A DNA stretch of 64,000 bases from the human T2T-CHM13v2.0 reference genome, Homo sapiens. How positions within the stretch are numbered: the first letter of the stretch is position 1; each line of letters starts with the position of its first letter. Shown piece by piece: positions 56,918 to 64,000 of the stretch. The stretch lies in assembly GCF_009914755.1 (NCBI RefSeq), contig NC_060945.1; one strand, given 5' to 3'. Position numbers and translations under genes: made by a program. The notes beneath the pieces were generated by a model. That model did no database searches. It saw nothing but the letters and a program-made list of their open reading frames with translations, and had not been told where the DNA came from.

Positions 56918-57116
56918 CAGTTGTTTTCAAATATAAGTTAAATATTTGGCACTCAAAGATAGTCCACAAGCAAGAATATCAGCAACAGTTGAAAACTTAT
57001 CAAAAATGTAAAATCCTTTATTAAACTTCTTAAAAATGCCTCTCCTGCAAACTACTAAATTGGAATCTGCATTTTAACAGGCCTTTGTATACATATGAAA
57101 TTTGAGAAACACCAGG
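56918..57116. mobile_element. MER5-type hAT-Charlie MITE
   Basis: Terminal inverted repeats CAGTTGTTTTCAAA ... TTTGAGAAACACCAG; GAATCTGCATTTTAACAGG core. Confidence 0.7.
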
Positions 57117-57579
57117 TTATGTGCTTTAACAGCACAGAGGGATGCTTTAAAAGGGACCTTCTTGTGTATGGAATTGAACTAGACGTTCAATTGGTTCTTC
57201 TAATCCTGAGATTATATGGGATCTCTGAAGGGATAAAAGAAATGAATCTTAAATTTTTACGTAATCTGCCACTTTCTTGTCCCATAACTTCTCTAATTTG
57301 AAGGAAAATATTATTTCATTCATTTGCTCTTCTTTATTAGTATTTTCTCTCAGGAAACCAAATAAAAAAAGTACAAAAGGAATTTCTCATTTTCTGTCAT
57401 TTTCAAAGTATAAGTCAAACCTTGATCCAGGCAGCAAAAGACAATTTAATAATTGACAGCCAGTTTAACCAGAGAGATTTTGCCTTTAATATCAAAAATA
57501 CAAAGCCACCAATTTCTTCAATTGTCAAGAAATTTTTATTAACATTGGCCCACAGTGAATTCTTTCATACTTCTTCCTG

Positions 57580-58180
57580 TTTTCCATTCCCAATACTATT
57601 CCGCTGGGGTACACGATAATGATTATCATCTCAATTCCCACAATACTACCTAACTAGTTTCTGAATTTTCACACTATTCTCTCTGATCCATTTTGTATAA
57701 TGTAGCCATAGTAAAATTTCTGAAATAGGAAACTGATCATGTTATCCCCTGCTTGAAACTCTGCAAACGTTTTCATTTTTAGGAAAGAGCTCAAACTCTG
57801 CAATAGCCTTCAGTAAATATCCCTGGTGATCATAACTTCGCTCTCCTTTGGCCTAGTCTCTTTGCTTCCCTCTCTTGTACTCTGCACTCCGCACTCCATG
57901 CATATCAAATTCCTGCCACTTTCACAAGCTCACCTTTTCAGATTTGGTATCCTGCTACTTCAATTTCACTCTTTCCTTATATTACATATAAAATAATATA
58001 TACTGTATATGGGATGTCCAATATAACACATAGTTTCTTTTCTCATCCTAAGTGCCACTTCAACTAGGAAGCCCATCATAATAGAATACATCTTATGTAG
58101 ATTTCATAGCACCCTGCAATTCTCTACCTTCACACATACTGCAGTATATTAAATCACCCAATTACTTGTAGAACTTTGTG
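57580..58180 (+). mobile_element. L2 fragment
   Basis: AAACTGATCATGTTATCCCCTGCTTGAAACTCTGCAA...CTCAAACTC...AAGTGCCACTTCAACTAGGAAGCCC. Confidence 0.7.
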
Positions 58181-58773
58181 AAAATATTATTTACCTAATC
58201 TTAGCAGATTACCTCTTAAAAACTGTCCATTTTAATAAAAACCTGTCTGATTTAGGTGATTATAGAACAACGAATAAAAATCAGGTAAACTGCAATGATA
58301 AAAAGTGAACAGGAATTTGTGGCAGGACTAAACACCAAAAGAGAGGAGAATATCAAAATAAAATAGAGGCCTAGTACTGATTATCTGGAGATAGACTTTA
58401 TGGAGACAGTTGACTATCTTTTGAGACTTAATGAAATTTCTTTGAGTTTCCTGAGCTATGTCTTATGAAAAACTCAATACCTTTCTCCAAATGCTGTATG
58501 AATTGCCTCTCCCTGCAATTTTTGTTCCCGTGTCTGTTTCCTAGTTCCTTCTTCTGCTGAAAGTTATAACTCTTTTCACAACTCTTTTCTCTTAGCTTTC
58601 TGTCAACCCATTTGTAAAATGTGGCTCTTATCAGTAGATACAGTATATTTTAGAAATTTGGAAACAACCAATGTCTTTTTCACTGCACAACTTAAACAAA
58701 TATTAAATATCTTATTACTATGATAATTATTATTATTTTGCAAGAACTTTGTTCTTGATGAAGAATTGTTCTA

Positions 58774-59080
58774 GGTTGGGCATGTTCGCTCATGCTTGTA
58801 ATCTTAACACTTTGGGAGGCCAAGGAGAAAGGATCATTTGAGTCCAGGAGTTCAAGACCAGTGTGGATAACATAGGGAGATACCATCTTTACAAAAATAA
58901 AAAATTAAAAAGTTGTATCCTGGTGGGGTGGTGCGTGCCCATGGTCCAGGCTACTTAAGAGGCTGAGGTGGAAGGATCACTTGAGGCTGAGAGGTCAAGG
59001 CTGTATAAGCTGTAATCACACCACTGAACTCCAGACTGAGCCACAGAGAGAGACCCTGTCTCAAAACAAACAAACAAAAA
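58774..59080 (+). mobile_element. AluJ (Jo-like)
   Basis: GGATCATTTGAGTCCAGGAGTTCAAG; GAGGTCAAGGCTG; (CAAA)n tail. Confidence 0.9.
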
Positions 59081-59116
59081 AAGGATTTCTATACCAATTA
59101 TTTGGTCACCATGCCA

Positions 59117-60915
59117 ATCTCATGGACTGGAAGATTCACCATTGTTAAAATGTTCATATTACCCAAAGCATCTATAGATTCGATGCAATCCCTATCCAAA
59201 TACCAATGACATTATTCACAGATGTAGGAAAAAAAATTATAAAATGTATATGGAACCACAAAGACCTGACTAGCCAAAGCTATGCTAAGTGAAAAGAACA
59301 AAACTAGAAGAATCACATTACCTGACTTCAAATTATACTACAGAGCTATATAACTGAAATAGCATGGCCCCGGCATAAAAACAAACACATAAACCAAGGG
59401 AGCAGAATAGAGAACCCAGAAACAAATCTGCCCACCTACAGTGAATTCATTCTTGACAAAGATGTCAAGAACATACATTGGAGCAAGAACAATCTCTTCA
59501 ATAAATGGTGCTGGGAAAAATTCATATGCAGAAGAATGAAACTAGACCCTTATCTCTCATCATATACAAAAAATGAAATCAAAACGAATTAAAGACTTAA
59601 ATCTAAGACGTCAAACTATGAAGCTACTAGAAAAAAAAAAAAAAAAAAACTTTGGAGACACTCTCCAGGCCATTGATCTGGGCAAAAATTTCTTGAGCAA
59701 TGCCCCATAAGCACAGGCAAACGTGGACGAAGGGGATGACATCATGTTAAAAAAGCTTCTGCACAGCAAAAGATACAATCAACAAAGTGAAGAAACAACC
59801 CACAAAAATGGGAGAAAAGATTTGCAAACTACTCCTCTTACAAGAGATTAATAACCAGAATATATATATAAAGAACTCAAAGAGCTCCATAGGAAAATAA
59901 TCTAATAATCCAGTCAAAAATTGAAAAAAGATTGGAATAGACATTTCCCCAAAAAAGACATACAGATGACAACCAGACATATGAAAATGTACTCAACATC
60001 ATTGATCATCAGAGAAATGCAAATTGAAACTGCAATGAGATATCATGTCTCCCTTGTTAAAATGGCTTTTATCCAAAAGACAGGTAATAACAAATGTTTG
60101 TGAGGATGTGAAAAAAAGGAAACCTTTGTACGCTCTTGGTGGAAATGTAAATTAGTAAAACCACTTTGGAGAACAGTTTGGAGGTTCCTCACAAAACTAA
60201 AAATTGAGTTACCTTGTGATCCAACAATTCCTCTGCTGGGTATATACCCAAAAGAAAATAAATCAGTATATCAAAGAGGTATCTGCACTCCTGTGTTTGT
60301 TGCAGCACTGTTCACAATAGCTAAGATTTAGAAGCCAACCAAGTGTCCATCAACAGATGACTGGATAAAGGAAATGTGGTACATATACACAATGGAGTAC
60401 CATTCAGCCATAAAAAATGAGATTCAGTCATTTGCAACAACATGGATGGAACTGGAGATCAATATGTTAAGGAAAATAAGTGAGGCACAGAAACACAAAC
60501 ATTGCATGTCCTCGCTTACTTGTGGGATCTAAAAATCAAAACAATTGAACTCATGGACATGAGTTCAAGAGTAAAAGGATAGTTACCAGAGACTGGGAAG
60601 GGTAGTGGTATAGGTGGCTGAGGGAGAGGTAAGGATGGTTAATGCGTACAAAAAAACAGAAAAAATGAAAAACGCCTACTATTTGATAACACAATAGGGT
60701 GGCTATAGTCAATTATATGCTTAAAAATAACTTAAGGAGTGTAATTGGATGGTTTGTAACTCAAAGGATAAATGCTTGAGGGGATGAATACCCCCATTCT
60801 AGATGATGTGCTTATTTCAAACTGCATGCCTATATCAAAACATCTCATGTACTCTATAAATATATACGTCTACTATGTACCCACAAAATAAAAAATAAAA
60901 ATAAAAATGAATAAA
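59117..60915 (+). mobile_element. L1MA1/L1MA2, 5'-truncated ~1.8 kb
   Basis: ORF2 3' text, then 3'UTR AAAATCAAAACAATTGAACTCATGGAC...GGATAAATGCTTGAGGGGATG...CTATGTACCCACAAAA and A tail. Confidence 0.92.
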
Positions 60916-61167
60916 TACTTGAATGGATTCACCTAAAAAGAGCATTTCCTTTTAGGGAACACCTATCCCAAAACCCTATCCTAAACTTGGTGGCATCAAA
61001 ATTTTCAAATTTTCTTCCAGCTCAGAAAAACTATCCTCTAGTTTTTCCCCATGGAAATGAAAACATTCATTTGATAAAGCAAATATCTATACTACTGGTG
61101 GTCTTATTTTTGTTCTTGTTATGATGTCATATATGTCAGAGTTACCTAAAAGATTTAGAAATAATAA

Positions 61168-61292
61168 TCAGAATGTAAGCCCCCACGGGAAAGAATTTTG
61201 TGTCTTCAATACTGCATCCCCATTATCTATAATAAGACTAGGCAAAGTATAGTGATATAACAAAAATTATAAAATGAATGAGTGAAAGAATT
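61168..61292 (+). mobile_element. L2 3' end
   Basis: AGAATGTAAGCCCCACGGGAAAG...ACTGCATCCCCA...AATGAATGAGTGAA. Confidence 0.65.
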
Positions 61293-61815
61293 AACCTTCC
61301 TAATCTAACAAATTGTTGGGGTTCTTCATTTGATAACCACTAGGGAGAGTGCAAACAAAATTAACAACACCACCACCACCAACACCAACAACAAACCATA
61401 GAAGAGCTGGGAAGGGTTCAAATAGGAGAAAAAAAAACAACAATATAGGGAAACAATGGAAAGTATTACCCATTTTTCCCTTCTCTAAAAGACAGCAACT
61501 GTCTTTGAGGTATTTGGGAAAGCATAATAAACAGAGGAGAGACTTAGAATATGAGTCCCGAGACTGCCAAGGGTAAAATTTTTAGTTGAAAAGCATATAG
61601 GTCTCCAAGCCTAGATCTTTGGAGAAAAGGTCAGGATTTTGGGACACAAATCAATTTTTAAAAATCTGTCAAATGTACATAATATTAATAAATATTTACA
61701 AGGTTGCAATATTCTGGATGTTTCTGCAAAAAGTTGATTTTGATTTTTTAATGCTAATTAATGCTGAAAGAGTAAATAGGAGGATACCGGATATTTATAT
61801 TTTGATAGCTGGGAG

Positions 61816-61962
61816 CAGGACCAGCTACATAATTTGTGAGGACCAGTTAAAAAATAGAAATGTAGGCTTCTTGTTAAAAAATTATTGGGAATTTTACAAC
61901 ACCAACAGTAGCACATTAAACCACGTATAAGACCCTTTTGCATACCCATAAAGCTGATTGTG
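61816..61962 (-). mobile_element. MER45A (hAT-Tip100) with internal deletion
   Basis: CAGGACCAGCTACATAATTTGTGAGGACCAGT...GCACATTAAACCA; degenerate 8-bp TSD GCTGGGAG/GTTGGGAA. Confidence 0.75.
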
Positions 61963-62229
61963 GTTGGGAATAATACTAAGTGCAATGAAATATGCTGAAA
62001 TGGTGGTCATCTACGTCTTTGTGACAAAACATTTTTGACACAAAATTATTTACCTAAACATCTACTTGAATAATAGTTTATGTTATATTATTTTGCCTCA
62101 GCATTAACTTCCTTTATTACTGAATTTAACTGTATCTTTCCTCTTTGGAAATGGGAAAATTAGAGACACTATTAGATGATAACATCTTCTGATTAAAAGT
62201 TCCTTGATGATCAAAGTAATGAAAAAAAA

Positions 62230-62430
62230 GATAATTAACATTTATGAACCAATTAGTATGTGCTAGATGCTACAACTACATAGGCTCATTAATCCTGAAG
62301 TAAAAATTTTCCAGTTATCAGCATACGTTCATGTGTAATTAATGAAGTAATTAACAAATGTAAGTAACTTGTCAAAGCATCACACAACCAATAGATGACT
62401 AATTACGAATCAATACCGAGATTTGTTTAG
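62230..62430 (-). mobile_element. MIR
   Basis: ATAATTAACATTTATGAAC...TATGTGCTAG...TAAGTAACTTGTCAAAGCATCACACA. Confidence 0.6.
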
Positions 62431-62884
62431 TATGAAAAAAGAGAAACTTCTCTAATTCCTTCTTAGAGCATTCTAGTTGTCTCTTCTTTTTCTCCTATTC
62501 CCCAGGGAAAATGAAGTTATGAATATGATTGATTATATCCCAAGGCATTAACTGTGTATTAAAAAGCATACATTTCTTATTTTCTCTGTTTTTTCCCCTT
62601 GTGATACACAATTTTTTGATACTTCCTCTCTCTCTCTTTCTATTTTTCTCTAAATTGCATAAATTCAGATGCTCAGATTTAGATCTACATAAGTGGGAAA
62701 CTTCCTTTATGTACTAAACTTAAACGTCCTTTTACTGAGCTCTTTATTGCTGTACTGAGTTCTTGCAAAGCGGTTGTCAAAAACCTGTTCTGTTATTGCA
62801 TCTTGTGTTCTCAGGTAGAAAAATGGAATGATGTGTAAGGTGATGTTTATATAGTTTTGCATCTTTATTCATAGCATCCAACCT

Positions 62885-63015
62885 CATACTTAACTTCCCT
62901 TTACATCCATACGGTGTGTGATACTTACAGTTTTGTTTTTAGGATTAAATAATGTAATGAATGCATAGTGCCTGACACATCCATTCTACTTGACAAAATC
63001 AACTATAATAATAAT
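62885..63015 (+). mobile_element. MIR 3' fragment
   Basis: AGGATTAAATAATGTAATGAATGCATAGTGCCTGACACAT. Confidence 0.6.
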
Positions 63016-64000
63016 GATATATCTATTTCAGGGTGGAGGACAGGCCTATGAAAATACATATTTGGAGCAATTGAATTAGAAAAAAATCATTGATTTGCAA
63101 ATTGAATAGGATAAGATTATCAAAGTTAGCTTTGAGAATCTGATAAGAAAGAGAATAAGAGATACACATGACATTTCAAAGTTTGAACTGTCTGATGATA
63201 GTCAATTACATAAGGAAAGCTAGGCCTTTTCAACTAGAAATGATTCCTGGAAGAATTTTATCAACTTGACATTTATAAAAGCTATATTTGATAATATATG
63301 ACAAAATATGGCAAATATTCTAGTTTCTTGTGTCTCTATAAAAGCTCAAAATGTGACTTTCACTCAATGAATATGTTTCTATGGAAACTAACATAAATAA
63401 TGTATTATATTATTTTCTAATGATCTAGCTTAGTACAGGACTAGAATTTCAAAGGCTGAAACAAATAAAATTTATTTAATATCTTAACTTTGTCAAGCAA
63501 GAGCTGAAGACATGGGTCACATTGAAATTCTTCTTAAGATCTCAATATGTCAGTATTCTATTTGTTGAATAAATGGTGACCTATATGTTTTAAAGAAAAT
63601 ATATGTAAGAATTAATTGACATGCTATTGTAAAAATGTATGAGTTTTACTTGAATTCTCCTTCAGACAGATGGCTATTTCATTTTAAAAAGACAGAGGAC
63701 ACAGGAGTGCATGGGGTGAGACAAAGTATTTTATTATTTTTCCTCCAAAAAAGTTTGGATTTTAGCTAGGTACTTAGACATGTGCAGTTCGAGATCCAAA
63801 GTTCAGCACCATAAATCTTAGAGCAGACCATCTGGAGCTAAAAATATTTAAGAACAGGTGTTATAAATTGCCCATTTATGTTCATATAGGAGCAAGATGG
63901 TAGTAGAAAATCTGCTTTCAAGTAGAAGTACATCTTGATGGACATTTCAGAATAAATTATCTGCCAAATATACTCTTAAGTGTATAAATAGATTTTGTCA

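Noticed and set aside
59631-59649. Internal A-run in L1MA2 as a separate insertion tail
   Set aside because: L1 sequence continues in register on both sides with no TSD; best explained as slippage expansion of the native GAAGAAAAC.

Overview
AT-rich, repeat-dense human non-coding DNA (intergenic or deep intronic). The human assignment rests on a near-consensus AluYb8-lineage element at 15409-15728. No protein-coding gene can be supported: the supplied ORFs are Alu, L1 or LTR read-throughs or chance ORFs. The window holds about 12 Alus (J, S and Y lineages), many L1 fragments (two with twin-priming 5' inversions), ERVL, MaLR and ERV1 LTRs (MLT2A, LTR47, MST, MLT1, MER21 and others), hAT DNA-transposon fossils (Arthur1, MER33, MER5, MER45A), L2, MIR and L3 relics, and microsatellites. 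It also has two retro-pseudogenes of Pol III RNAs, U6 and 7SK, lying head-to-head about 800 bp apart. The most notable points are the young AluYb8 insertion, the tailless 7SK retrocopy, a ~190-bp tandem duplication carrying a perfect 44-bp palindrome, an Alu-interrupted MLT2A LTR, a strong non-coding exon candidate, and two TGACA motif clusters. I found no convincing evidence of a wholly new biological system. Repeat subfamily names come from remembered consensus sequences and need RepeatMasker/Dfam confirmation.
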